Positions 46,679 to 55,613 of a DNA stretch of 64,000 bases are shown here, piece by piece. Positions within the stretch are counted from its first letter, which is position 1; the number at the start of each line of letters is the position of its first letter. The translations under genes and the position numbers were made by a program. Source of the stretch: a virus (lineage: Duplodnaviria > Caudoviricetes). Location: positions 23,220 to 87,219 of IMG/VR virus record IMGVR_UViG_3300005077_000012; one strand, 5' to 3'. Under the pieces are notes generated by a model. The model was not told the DNA's origin, did not search any database, and worked only from the letters and a program-made list of their open reading frames with translations.

Positions 46679-46896
46679 CACGCACCTCGCTTCATCTTCT
46701 TCCGCGCCTCGCGCAGCTTCCGCGCCCCGGCGGCACCCTTCGTCACGTTCCTCTCGGACAGAACCCGCAGATCGCGCGCATTGAAAAACCACCGCCCGGC
46801 GATCTTGCGCCCGACCCCGTGCTTCTGCGCATACACCCGGATTGAATTGATACTCAACTGCAGTTTATCTGCAACAGCTTCAGATGACAATAACAT
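46678..46896 (-). CDS. HTH DNA-binding protein (excisionase/MerR-like)
   Basis: SSEAVADKLQLSINSIRVYA...G.K..GRW.F...DL; paralog-like to 41617..41799. Confidence 0.65.
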   Translation of the reverse strand: MLLSSEAVADKLQLSINSIRVYAQKHGVGRKIAGRWFFNARDLRVLSERNVTKGAAGARKLREARKKMKRGA

Positions 46897-46908
46897 CCTT
46901 CCCTCCTC

Positions 46909-47238
46909 CTACCGTAGACTGTCGATGTACTGGATCATCGGCTCGTAGTACAGCGGGACCTTAACAACACCCCGCCGTGTCTCCATGTCCACGACCTTTA
47001 CTTCATCAAACTTAAACGCCAGCGCGGCCCCGGCATCCAGTAAATAGGTACGCCCATGCTTCCGCAGCACCATCCGCGCGTCAGACTCAAGAACCTGATT
47101 AGCCAGCTCCAGCGTCATCTTCCCCTCAAGGATCGCCAGTGAAACTTTAAGAACCGACTTCGCCAGACTCTTCTTCGTCCGCTCGTACTTCGTCCGATTG
47201 CTTCCGCTCATAGACACACCTCCGCAACGCATCCACAT
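46909..47238 (-). CDS. Hypothetical protein
   Basis: Probable start MSGSNR after GGAGG. Confidence 0.55.
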   Translation of the reverse strand: MWMRCGGVSMSGSNRTKYERTKKSLAKSVLKVSLAILEGKMTLELANQVLESDARMVLRKHGRTYLLDAGAALAFKFDEVKVVDMETRRGVVKVPLYYEPMIQYIDSLR

Positions 47239-47425
47239 ACTCCTTCGGTACCTTCACCCGCCTCGGCCTCGGGTTTACCCCCTTCGCCGCGAACACCCGG
47301 TCCCACACCGGTTTCAGTCGCTTCTCCGTACACCCGAGAAACTTCGCGAGCCCCTTCAAACTGATCTCCCCCTCCCTCTCCATGTAATTGACGAGCGCTA
47401 ACTCGACGGTCCTTCCCCGCGTCAC
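47147..47425 (-). CDS. Possible winged-helix protein
   Basis: EGEISLKGLAKFLGCTEKRL helix-turn-helix-like segment. Confidence 0.45.
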   Translation of the reverse strand: MTRGRTVELALVNYMEREGEISLKGLAKFLGCTEKRLKPVWDRVFAAKGVNPRPRRVKVPKEYVDALRRCVYERKQSDEVRADEEESGEVGS

Positions 47426-47558
47426 TCACCACCTCCGGTATCCTGTAATGCAGACGGTCGTCAAACTCCGCCTGTTTCCCCTTATTCCACTGATTCACCG
47501 GACGGTAGTAACCGACGACCCGGGAATACACCTCCGCTGGAACTTTAATCATCCACAC
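47208..47558 (-). CDS. Stand-alone NrdD C-terminal (glycyl-radical) domain peptide
   Basis: EVYSRVVGYYRPVNQWNKGKQAEFDDR is the conserved C-terminal motif of class III RNR NrdD; only the first ~45 aa are conserved. Confidence 0.65.
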   Translation of the reverse strand: MWMIKVPAEVYSRVVGYYRPVNQWNKGKQAEFDDRLHYRIPEVVSDAGKDRRVSARQLHGEGGGDQFEGAREVSRVYGEATETGVGPGVRGEGGKPEAEAGEGTEGVCGCVAEVCL

Positions 47559-47929
47559 ACCTCATCTATATATTTATCACGCAATTTCAGCCTCCTATTA
47601 GACGTGGCCTTCGCGGACCTGCACGCCGCACACCGACAACCGCGAGAATACATCGCCCGGGAACCATGCCGGTGTGCTCCGTGTCGTTTAGCATGGCACG
47701 ACCGACACACGATATCACACTTCTCCAACTCCGCAAGGATACGACTCAGCTTCCATGACCATATTCTATGCGACACCTTCTCTTCAGGGTTCCGATGGTG
47801 TATACACAACCCAACCGAAGACCCACAGTCAACACATACCTTACCTTCAAAAAACCGCGCCTTCCGCGTCCGTAGCCACGTACGCTGATACGCCACTTGC
47901 TTGTCCCTGTCCTTATACATACTCACCAT
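47549..47929 (-). CDS. HNH endonuclease
   Basis: CVDCG...L.IHH.NP..K...C...CRSCHAKRH. Confidence 0.8.
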   Translation of the reverse strand: MVSMYKDRDKQVAYQRTWLRTRKARFFEGKVCVDCGSSVGLCIHHRNPEEKVSHRIWSWKLSRILAELEKCDIVCRSCHAKRHGAHRHGSRAMYSRGCRCAACRSAKATSNRRLKLRDKYIDEVCG

Positions 47930-47946
47930 AACCCAATCATATATAC

Positions 47947-48014
47947 TGTGGAGAGTGGGAGACTCGAACTCCCAGCCACCCCTTCACTTGAGAGCTACCT
48001 CAAGCTGACTCCCC
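47947..48014 (-). ncRNA. tRNA-like element lacking a D-arm (acceptor stem with G3-U70, canonical T arm)
   Basis: Minus strand: GGGGAGT-CAG-CTTGAG-GTAGCT-CTCAAG-TGAAGGGGTGGCT-GGGAG-TTCGAGT-CTCCC-ACTCTCC-A-CA. Confidence 0.6.
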
Positions 48015-48020
48015 AAACAC

Positions 48021-48049
48021 GAAGAGCCCCGGCATCACCGGAGCCCTTC
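48021..48049 (-). terminator. Hairpin after the DUF932 gene (terminator or processing signal)
   Basis: 12-bp stem with two G-U pairs that form only on the minus strand, followed by GTGTTT. Confidence 0.55.
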
Positions 48050-48063
48050 TGGTTTCGTCCAAC

Positions 48064-49143
48064 CTACGCCGCCTCGTTAACCACCGCCCAATCCTTCGGG
48101 CTGAGGTCGACGATTTTCCCGCCGAGCTGTTCGTACTCGAACGCCTTGACCGGGTCATCGGTCTTGTGCGCCAGCGCGGTTATCGCATTGAAGAGTCCGT
48201 ACCTGTTCAGGTTCTTCTCTTCAACCATGTTTGCGATGAGCGCTTCGCGGTCGTCCTGTGTCAGGACGTCGTTGTACTTGACCGTGATATTCTGGACAAC
48301 CAAGTCCGGCCTGACCACTTCATCGTACAGCATCGCTTTCACCCGGTTGAACTCCTCGGTCCACGTCTCTTCGGTGAAGGTGTACGCCAGCATATCCCTG
48401 ACCTTCAGCCCGAGCGCGTTCATCTCCGCCTGCACCGCCTGATTCGTGAGAATCCTGTGGTCGGTGTCATCCGACTCCTGCGCCTTGCCGAGGTGCGTCT
48501 GCGCAACGATGATGTTACGGCTTGCGCCGTTGTTGCACCAGATAAACCTGAGCCATGCGACCAGCGACCAGCGTCCCTTTCCAACTTCGCTGTTTTGCAG
48601 CGTAGCGCCGTACCCGATGATGTCACCCTTGCGGCCGTTCTTCGGATCATCCAGCTCCCTGCGGAACTGCGTGAACTCGAACTGCATGATCAGCTTGCTG
48701 TCCGTGAGCGAGCTCGATACCAGCTCGAAGTCCTGCCTGTCCCGGATCACCGGGAGCGTCGCTTCGAGGACGAACGCGTCGTCCCACCGCTTGTAGTTCT
48801 TGCTCAGGAAGGCCCTCGCGTTACCGTCGAGGGTCCTGACCATGCGCTTCTCAGCGCGGTCCGGAGCGTGCAGCCATGCGTTGACGTTCTGCGCCCTGAG
48901 ACCCGGGACCTTCGCGGTCGCGTCGTAGTACGCCTTCGGTATCCCCGCCCACTCGGCGAGCTGCCCGTGGGTGTTACCGTTGACCGAGAACTGCCCGACT
49001 CCCGATATCTCGATGGTGTTGTTATCCGGCAGCATCTCAATGCTGCGCGTATCCGGCAGGTAGTCCTGCTTTGCTGCTTCCTTCCGCATTACTTCCGCTG
49101 CGAAGGCTTCGATGTTTGTGTAGTTCCCTTTCATTTTGGACAC
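48064..49143 (-). CDS. DUF932-family protein
   Basis: R.LDG.ARAFLS..Y...D, L.NSEVG.G...L....R..C.NG...H.G pattern; directly behind the promoter at 49167. Confidence 0.75.
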   Translation of the reverse strand: MSKMKGNYTNIEAFAAEVMRKEAAKQDYLPDTRSIEMLPDNNTIEISGVGQFSVNGNTHGQLAEWAGIPKAYYDATAKVPGLRAQNVNAWLHAPDRAEKRMVRTLDGNARAFLSKNYKRWDDAFVLEATLPVIRDRQDFELVSSSLTDSKLIMQFEFTQFRRELDDPKNGRKGDIIGYGATLQNSEVGKGRWSLVAWLRFIWCNNGASRNIIVAQTHLGKAQESDDTDHRILTNQAVQAEMNALGLKVRDMLAYTFTEETWTEEFNRVKAMLYDEVVRPDLVVQNITVKYNDVLTQDDREALIANMVEEKNLNRYGLFNAITALAHKTDDPVKAFEYEQLGGKIVDLSPKDWAVVNEAA

Positions 49144-49166
49144 TCCTTGTTTATCAATCTACACAC

Positions 49167-49195
49167 AATATATATCGCTACCGCAACAAAGTCAA
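49167..49195 (-). promoter_or_regulatory. sigma70-like early promoter
   Basis: TTGACT-N17-TATATT, same hexamers as the promoters at 43724 and 44857. Confidence 0.7.
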
Positions 49196-49224
49196 GTATT
49201 ATTTTCTCAAAAATGAAAATTTTC

Positions 49225-51045
49225 TCATTTTTTTCCTTCCCCGTACCTATCCTTTATCCCACGCAGAAACTCCTCAGAACTTACCTTCTGCAAACGATCC
49301 AGTTCAGCACGCTCAGCCTCAGACATCCCCTTGATATCCCGGATAGACGGGCCCATCATCCGCGCGGCCTCAGCGTCGAAGAACTCGAACGCATCCATGT
49401 TCGGCAACAGCAGACCCGCCTGAAAGCAATACGCTTCAGCCAGAAAGTAGTGGTCCGGGTTCGTATGCACCCACACAAACCGCGACTTCTCCGGGTTGTT
49501 CTCATTGACGTCAAGGATGCGGGTACTCTCGCACACCTGATTGACGTACTGCCCACCATCAATAAACTCCACCGCCTGCGGCAGCAGAAACGACTGCAAG
49601 TCAAACCCCTGCTTGACGTAGTCCAGCAACGCCGTCCGGTCCATCCGAAGCTCCCGATTATCCCGGTTCACGGAGATCACCCGGGTCCCGTCCTGAAAAT
49701 ACGAGCTGTACACGTTCGAGAACGCCGCTTTGAGCTCCATGACCTTGTGTATCTCCGGCATGGCATCCACCACAACGAACCGAGGGCCCCACTCCCGGAT
49801 CACATCTCCCAGCAGACCGAATGACGGCACCGTCATGGCAGCCAGCAACCGGAAATACGTCGCCCCGGACTGCCTGATCACATCACGCACGACAATGTTC
49901 ATCTCAGCCCCGACATCCACACCCATAATACGAATGTTCTGCGTCTTCCCCGGGGTCATCGGCCAGTCATACGGTCGGCAGCACGCCAGCAGCATCGACC
50001 GACTGATCTTCGCCCCGGATGCGGTATACGGCAGCCCGAGGTCGGAGTTATAGAAGACCTGTATCTTCAGGTCATTCCCCTGCGCCTTCTCCCACTTCCG
50101 AACCATATCCGACAGACGGGCCGTCTTACAAAACAGTCGACTGATCCGTCGCCCGGTCCACTCCCGGCCCGGGTAGCCATCGATCCAACGTCCGGGCATC
50201 AGTCTATCTATAGGTTTTCCGCAATCATGTATAACCGCAGGCTCCCGCCCATCAGACCACTCCGGGTCCCGAACCGTGAACCGATGCACCCCCTCCTCCC
50301 GGACAACGTGCCGGAACCAGTCCAACACAAACCACTTCCCGCAGTGCGGACACTTCAGCGTCCAGAGGCCCTGCGAACTTTCTATAAATCGCTCATCAAT
50401 CCCGAACCCTTCGACCGTCGGGTTACTGATCTCCCGGTGATACTGATAGGGGCTGGCGGAATACCGGTCCGGCAGGAGCAACAGGTTCGCCATGTTACAC
50501 CGATCCTTCTCATCAACATACGCCGAGTCCACGGGTATCTCGATGAACTCGTCCTCAACGTTACTCCCCACATACGCGAGCGTCCCCCGGCCGATATGGA
50601 TCAGACTGGTACGATGCGTCCCCCCGGCCACGGACTTCACCAGATCGCGGTACGCCGCCACGCGCCGGTGCAGCTTGAACACCCGGTTATTGACGAACCT
50701 GTTCCGCAGCTCGTACTTCGGAAGAACGTACATGACCGTGTATCCCAGATGCGCGGCCTCCAGATGAGACTGCACAATGAACAGCTCAGACAAACCAGTC
50801 TGAACCGCCTTCTCGACGACATACCGGTGCTTGTTCCCTATCTCATGGTACATCGATACAAGATAGGGCATATCCATGAAGTTCATAGACTCGCCGCGAC
50901 TGTTAACGTGTGACGACTTTGCCCACTGCAGCGCGGGCGTACTGGACTCACTCAACCGAGTCCGGTACGCCGTCATCTGCTTCTGTAACTCCGATATCTT
51001 CGCCTGCATCATCGTCACCCTCACTCGATTGTATGATCGACGCAA
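49225..51045 (-). CDS. terL: Terminase large subunit (GpA/Twort-like)
   Basis: VVEKAVQTGLSE (Walker A variant), YVDEKD (Walker B), SNPT...GID, CPHCG..F.L, N..LG.PY, MGVDVG, VVDAMPE, PDHY..AEAY; start probably MMQAK. Confidence 0.9.
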   Translation of the reverse strand: MRRSYNRVRVTMMQAKISELQKQMTAYRTRLSESSTPALQWAKSSHVNSRGESMNFMDMPYLVSMYHEIGNKHRYVVEKAVQTGLSELFIVQSHLEAAHLGYTVMYVLPKYELRNRFVNNRVFKLHRRVAAYRDLVKSVAGGTHRTSLIHIGRGTLAYVGSNVEDEFIEIPVDSAYVDEKDRCNMANLLLLPDRYSASPYQYHREISNPTVEGFGIDERFIESSQGLWTLKCPHCGKWFVLDWFRHVVREEGVHRFTVRDPEWSDGREPAVIHDCGKPIDRLMPGRWIDGYPGREWTGRRISRLFCKTARLSDMVRKWEKAQGNDLKIQVFYNSDLGLPYTASGAKISRSMLLACCRPYDWPMTPGKTQNIRIMGVDVGAEMNIVVRDVIRQSGATYFRLLAAMTVPSFGLLGDVIREWGPRFVVVDAMPEIHKVMELKAAFSNVYSSYFQDGTRVISVNRDNRELRMDRTALLDYVKQGFDLQSFLLPQAVEFIDGGQYVNQVCESTRILDVNENNPEKSRFVWVHTNPDHYFLAEAYCFQAGLLLPNMDAFEFFDAEAARMMGPSIRDIKGMSEAERAELDRLQKVSSEEFLRGIKDRYGEGKK

Positions 51046-51637
51046 TCTGCTCCATCTCTATAATCTCATCCCGCATCCTGCGCAAGGTCAATGACATATC
51101 ACCCTCACCAATGGGAGACGGGCCCTCCTGTAACCCGGAGTTGATATTCACCTGAACAAGCTCACTATTGTCTCCGGACTGATTGGATTTATACCAGAAA
51201 CTCAGAACGTCATTCGCGGCCCGGCGGATCGTATCCATGTTCTCGTCCGTCATCGTCCTGCTCATGATCTTCGCATACACCTCATGCGCCATGCGCACCA
51301 GCTTGACCTGATTGGCAACGACGTACGATGTGAAATTGTACCGCACGTCCTCAATGATCTTCTGAACCTCCGGCTTATTGAGCGTCCGGTACAACGACGT
51401 CAAACCAACCCCATAAATACGACTCCACTCCGGCATCGAATGATACTCCAACGCATACCGGAGCGCGAAGTCACGATCCCGAAGACTCAACTCCGTGTGC
51501 TCTGAGACGATATCCGTTATCTTCTGAACCGCGCGCTCCTTCTCAAGAAACCGATATACGTCAGCCTCCATCGCCTTTGCCTCGATCTGACGCGCCCGAT
51601 ATCTCTTCCCGGGGTTCCCCTTATTTAACTTTGACAA
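50948..51637 (-). CDS. Putative terminase small subunit
   Basis: HTH-like segment (EWSRIYGVGLTSLYRTL) followed by helical region and VQVNIN; immediately upstream of terL. Confidence 0.55.
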   Translation of the reverse strand: MSKLNKGNPGKRYRARQIEAKAMEADVYRFLEKERAVQKITDIVSEHTELSLRDRDFALRYALEYHSMPEWSRIYGVGLTSLYRTLNKPEVQKIIEDVRYNFTSYVVANQVKLVRMAHEVYAKIMSRTMTDENMDTIRRAANDVLSFWYKSNQSGDNSELVQVNINSGLQEGPSPIGEGDMSLTLRRMRDEIIEMEQIASIIQSSEGDDDAGEDIGVTEADDGVPDSVE

Positions 51638-51938
51638 GACCCAACACCTTTAAAATCAATTCTGACTGCTTCGGCGTCAACGGCAACAGATACGACCGTT
51701 CCTCAGTCTGAACCTCAACCGTAATCAGCGTCGAATAAAACACCTGCCCGAACGCATCAACCACAACCTCAGGCGACTCCAGAGGTCCCGTCGCCGCAAC
51801 CTGCACCAGACTCCCACTCACCTGCAGCATCCCCGTCAAAGAGTACCCCATACCGTCCATCATCTGCACCGGGAGACTCGACTCCACCTTCGGCTTGCGC
51901 CCTCGTTTTTCTTTGCGTTCCAACCGCAACCTCCGCAT
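51621..51938 (-). CDS. Hypothetical protein
   Basis: 105-aa ORF in run. Confidence 0.5.
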   Translation of the reverse strand: MRRLRLERKEKRGRKPKVESSLPVQMMDGMGYSLTGMLQVSGSLVQVAATGPLESPEVVVDAFGQVFYSTLITVEVQTEERSYLLPLTPKQSELILKVLGLVKVK

Positions 51939-52260
51939 CTATAGATATTTCGCACAGCCCTACCGCCACTGCATCCAGACGAGACAACATCCAGCGTTTG
52001 ATCTGATAACTTGACCAGCTCCACAAACGTCTGTAATACCTGCAATCATTCTCAACGTTCCGCCGAACCGCAAACTCAGGCCCAACAACATCAATCTTGT
52101 CCCGTAACGGACCCCCTACCCACCGGCACGTCGCCACACACAGCAGCAGGGCGTCCCCTTCCGAAGACGCCTTCGCAATAAGCAAATGCGTACACGACCG
52201 ACAGTACACGCTATTCCGCTTCATGATCAACCCCCTCCGGAGCAGGCAGCTCGATAACAA
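51769..52260 (-). CDS. Cys-rich hypothetical protein
   Basis: CRSC.H...C...N..NDC.YY; 3' end overlaps the next ORF, so boundaries are uncertain. Confidence 0.45.
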   Translation of the reverse strand: MLSSCLLRRGLIMKRNSVYCRSCTHLLIAKASSEGDALLLCVATCRWVGGPLRDKIDVVGPEFAVRRNVENDCRYYRRLWSWSSYQIKRWMLSRLDAVAVGLCEISIDAEVAVGTQRKTRAQAEGGVESPGADDGRYGVLFDGDAAGEWESGAGCGDGTSGVA

Positions 52261-52471
52261 CAGAACAACGATCTACCGGACACCGATATCGATACCGTCC
52301 CCGAGACTTCACATACTCCCCGGACATCTCTACGTTATGGATCGGACACCTAACCTTCGGCATTATCAGCCACCACAACCGGCGGAAGTACCATACCTTC
52401 ACCGTACATCTCAGAGAACCGGAGACCGGCAATACGAGAATCCTCCCCATCCACAACGAACGACACGCCAT
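52211..52471 (-). CDS. Small zinc-finger protein
   Basis: Probable start MPKVRCPIH...YRCPVDRC. Confidence 0.45.
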   Translation of the reverse strand: MACRSLWMGRILVLPVSGSLRCTVKVWYFRRLWWLIMPKVRCPIHNVEMSGEYVKSRGRYRYRCPVDRCSVVIELPAPEGVDHEAE

Positions 52472-52679
52472 CCAGCGACCCTGAGACCTTGACCGGTAAC
52501 CCGTTGAGCTCCGTCAAATACTTCGGGGCATCCGGGAGCCTGCGCTCGAAGTAGTCCCGGTTCAACTTAAAATTTGCTTTCCGCGACAGGGTAATCGACT
52601 TAACCAGTTTACCCCGCTTCGCGTGCGACTTCAACACACACGCAATGATGTCATTGATATCCACCTTGAGCCTCCACAC
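52350..52679 (-). CDS. Hypothetical protein
   Basis: 109-aa ORF in run. Confidence 0.5.
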   Translation of the reverse strand: MWRLKVDINDIIACVLKSHAKRGKLVKSITLSRKANFKLNRDYFERRLPDAPKYLTELNGLPVKVSGSLDGVSFVVDGEDSRIAGLRFSEMYGEGMVLPPVVVADNAEG

Positions 52680-53178
52680 CGGTCTTCTTCACCACCTTCT
52701 TCGGCTTCGCGTCATTCGACTCAACAACACGACCACTCAATTCGTTGACCGAAAGCAACGCCACCGGGAACCCGACAACAACCTCTGTCCGGAACACCGG
52801 GGTAACGAACAGTACGATCAGGCCGTCCTCCAGAACCTCACTGGACAACAGGATCATACTCGACCGCAGCGCGCTCCACAACGCAACGCCAACATCGCAT
52901 CCTCCGCGAGCCCCCGGGTCCATTCTGACGTGCAGCGTAATCCGATACACAGACCCCTGCCGCAGAAAGAACGGATCATACTTAATCGACTCCAGCGTAC
53001 TCGGCAACCGCAACATCGGGGCCCCGTTCATTACCTGCAACCGGGCAACCCCCTCCAGCTCACACACCTCGCACACCTTACCATACAACGCGCCGTCCGG
53101 AGCCGTCTCAAACGGGGCAGCCCCCTTGTACGTCTCCAGCACCTTGAAAATTTTCTCGAAACTCATACTCGCCTCCAT
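52651..53178 (-). CDS. Hypothetical protein
   Basis: 175-aa ORF directly downstream of the polymerase. Confidence 0.6.
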   Translation of the reverse strand: MEASMSFEKIFKVLETYKGAAPFETAPDGALYGKVCEVCELEGVARLQVMNGAPMLRLPSTLESIKYDPFFLRQGSVYRITLHVRMDPGARGGCDVGVALWSALRSSMILLSSEVLEDGLIVLFVTPVFRTEVVVGFPVALLSVNELSGRVVESNDAKPKKVVKKTGVEAQGGYQ

Positions 53179-53180
53179 TG

Positions 53181-55613
53181 CTACACTTTTATATCCTGAA
53201 ACAACCGCTCCAGATTAGACTCATTCTCTTCACCCCATGCAGCCCCGACAACAACGTCCACCTCCATCTTCAGCGGAAACGCCGTCACCGGGGTCTCAAA
53301 CGCCGTCAGAATAATCTCACGGACTACATCGACCTCATCCGCAGGTGTATCGACGACGATACAGTCATGAACCGTATGCACGATCTTTGCCCGAAGTCCA
53401 GCATTTTTTATCGCCCGCGCAACCCGAACCAACCCGATATACGTATAATCAGCCGCCGCACTCTGGATCGGGGCGTTACACGCCTGCCGTGAACACCGGC
53501 GCACGACCGACTCATCATCACCCTGTATGTCCGGGAGCCTGCGCCGCCGTTTGAACAACGACTCGACATACCCGGTCTTCTTCGCGTCACGAACAACACG
53601 GCGCAACCATGCCGCGATCATGGGAAGACGCTCAAAATACTGCCTCATAAAATCCTGCGCCTGAACCTTCGTGAGTCCGGTCCTCCCGGCCAACCCCACG
53701 GGACTGATACCATAGATCAGACCGAAGTTAATGGTCTTCGCGAGCCGGTACTCATCCTGCGTCGGCTCGTAGTCATCAGCCTTCCCGAAGATCGTCCTGT
53801 ACGTAACCTTGTGGATATTCTCACCCCGGGCAAACGCATCGAGGAACACCTGCTCCCCACTATACAGAGCAACTGCACGAAGCTCCGCCGCCTTGATATC
53901 CGCCTCAACCAACACACACCCATCAGACGCCCGATACAAACTGCGTATGAGCTGATCCTTCGGAATGTTATGGGTACACGGGTCCGCATTACTCGCACGG
54001 CCCGTCACCGTCCCGGTCATCCGGAACGACGATCGAACGCGCCGGTCACTCCACACGTTCTTCTGTACCGGAACGATATAGGTCCCTCGCAACTTCTCAA
54101 TGTATTTATATTTCAGGATGTACTCCGCGATCTTCGCCCCACGCTTCCGCTGCGTCGCAACTGCCCGCAGCGTCGCCGCGTCAACACTACGCTGTCCAGT
54201 CTTCGTCTCCCCGATCGGCGTCAGGCCCAACTCATCAAACAGAACAGTCCCGAGCTGCTTCGCAGACGCGATGTCGAACTCACGCCCGGCATACGCATAT
54301 ATCTTCTGGATCAAAACCTCTTTCGCCCGCACGCACCGGTCCTCGATCACACGCGCCTGATCCAGATTGACCGCAAACCCGGTTATCTCAACCTGTGTCA
54401 GTATCCGTCGCACCGGGATCAAAACCTTATTGAACAGAGAGAACGACCCCTCTTCCCGGAGCTTCGGCTCCAGTACCTCCCACAACTGATACGTCGCAAG
54501 CGCATCCATAGCTGCATACGGAGCCATGATATCAACAGGAATCCCGGCGTAACTCTGCCCCTTCTTGAACTTCTGGTCATACTTATACATATCAAGGCCG
54601 ATGTCATACCCACCGACCGCCAGATACCTCCACGCGTTCTCCTTCAGACCCGCACTAAAGTTCTCATCCAGCAAGTGTGCGGCCATCATTGTATCCACAA
54701 CATTCTCACCAACCGGGCACCCGTGATAATGCAGGAACTTCTCATCGAACGCAACGTTATGGAACACCTTCCGAACCGCTGCATCCTGCAAAATTTCTAT
54801 AAATGCTGCTTTGACATCAGCAGCCGATACCAGCAGAGGCCATTCAATATACACAGAATAGTACCGGGACAGCTCCGACTTGTAACACATGGACACCCCG
54901 AGAATGTCATTCGTCGGCCGGAACCCATCGGTCTCAAGGTCCACCGACACCATCCCCGACACCCTCGCCGCCGCAAGGAACTTCCGAACGTGCCATACAT
55001 CAGAAAGGTGCCGAGTCTTCCAACGATCCCCACCTTGAACCGGCGGCTTCCGGGATACCAACTGCACTGCCAGCTCAAGATCATCGACCGCAAGGTCATG
55101 CCGATACGATATACCCATACCCTTATCCCGCATCAGGGCCGAAGGATGAAACGTCGCAATGATCCAACAGCCGAACTCCCGGGACCACATCGGCTTCCCA
55201 CGCCACTTCGTAATCCCCCCAACCTTATCCATATACAACAACGACGCCAGCGGAGCGTTCCCCAACAGAACAATGACCTTCGGCCTGACCCGCTTAATAT
55301 CCTCAACCAGCTTGTCCCGACAGTTCCGCAGCTCAACCTTCGTCGGCGTCTTATTCCCCGGCGGCCTGCAGCGACAGGCGTTCGTCATGAACACCGCATC
55401 CTGATCAATCCCAGCCGCCATGAGCATCTGTTTACGCAGCCACCGCCCCGCACGTCCGACAAATGGACGCCCGCACTCATCCTCCTCGCGTCCCGGAGCC
55501 TCCCCGACAAACATCAAGTCCGCACCGACCGGCCCGTCTCCGGCCATGTTCACCGTCGTCGCGTTCTTACACAACTTGTCACATCGATCACAATTAGTGA
55601 GTACTTTCTTCAT
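53181..55613 (-). CDS. Family A DNA polymerase with N-terminal family-4 uracil-DNA glycosylase domain and 3'-5' exonuclease
   Basis: UDG4: CxxC..., VGEAPG..ED..GRPFVG.AG, TNA..CRPPGN..P...E...C, TFHPSA. Exo: DLETDG, HN..FD, YA..DA. Pol: ADIKAAELR, AK.INFG..YG, TVHD. Confidence 0.95.
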   Translation of the reverse strand: MKKVLTNCDRCDKLCKNATTVNMAGDGPVGADLMFVGEAPGREEDECGRPFVGRAGRWLRKQMLMAAGIDQDAVFMTNACRCRPPGNKTPTKVELRNCRDKLVEDIKRVRPKVIVLLGNAPLASLLYMDKVGGITKWRGKPMWSREFGCWIIATFHPSALMRDKGMGISYRHDLAVDDLELAVQLVSRKPPVQGGDRWKTRHLSDVWHVRKFLAAARVSGMVSVDLETDGFRPTNDILGVSMCYKSELSRYYSVYIEWPLLVSAADVKAAFIEILQDAAVRKVFHNVAFDEKFLHYHGCPVGENVVDTMMAAHLLDENFSAGLKENAWRYLAVGGYDIGLDMYKYDQKFKKGQSYAGIPVDIMAPYAAMDALATYQLWEVLEPKLREEGSFSLFNKVLIPVRRILTQVEITGFAVNLDQARVIEDRCVRAKEVLIQKIYAYAGREFDIASAKQLGTVLFDELGLTPIGETKTGQRSVDAATLRAVATQRKRGAKIAEYILKYKYIEKLRGTYIVPVQKNVWSDRRVRSSFRMTGTVTGRASNADPCTHNIPKDQLIRSLYRASDGCVLVEADIKAAELRAVALYSGEQVFLDAFARGENIHKVTYRTIFGKADDYEPTQDEYRLAKTINFGLIYGISPVGLAGRTGLTKVQAQDFMRQYFERLPMIAAWLRRVVRDAKKTGYVESLFKRRRRLPDIQGDDESVVRRCSRQACNAPIQSAAADYTYIGLVRVARAIKNAGLRAKIVHTVHDCIVVDTPADEVDVVREIILTAFETPVTAFPLKMEVDVVVGAAWGEENESNLERLFQDIKV

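Noticed and set aside
47947-48014. Calling the element a standard tRNA-Ala or a tmRNA
   Set aside because: No D arm, a 6-nt rather than 7-nt loop, no CCA and no tag-reading-frame region; kept only as tRNA-like.
48166-49824. 552-aa plus-strand ORF
   Set aside because: Antisense to DUF932 and terL and crosses a minus-strand promoter; no recognisable domain.
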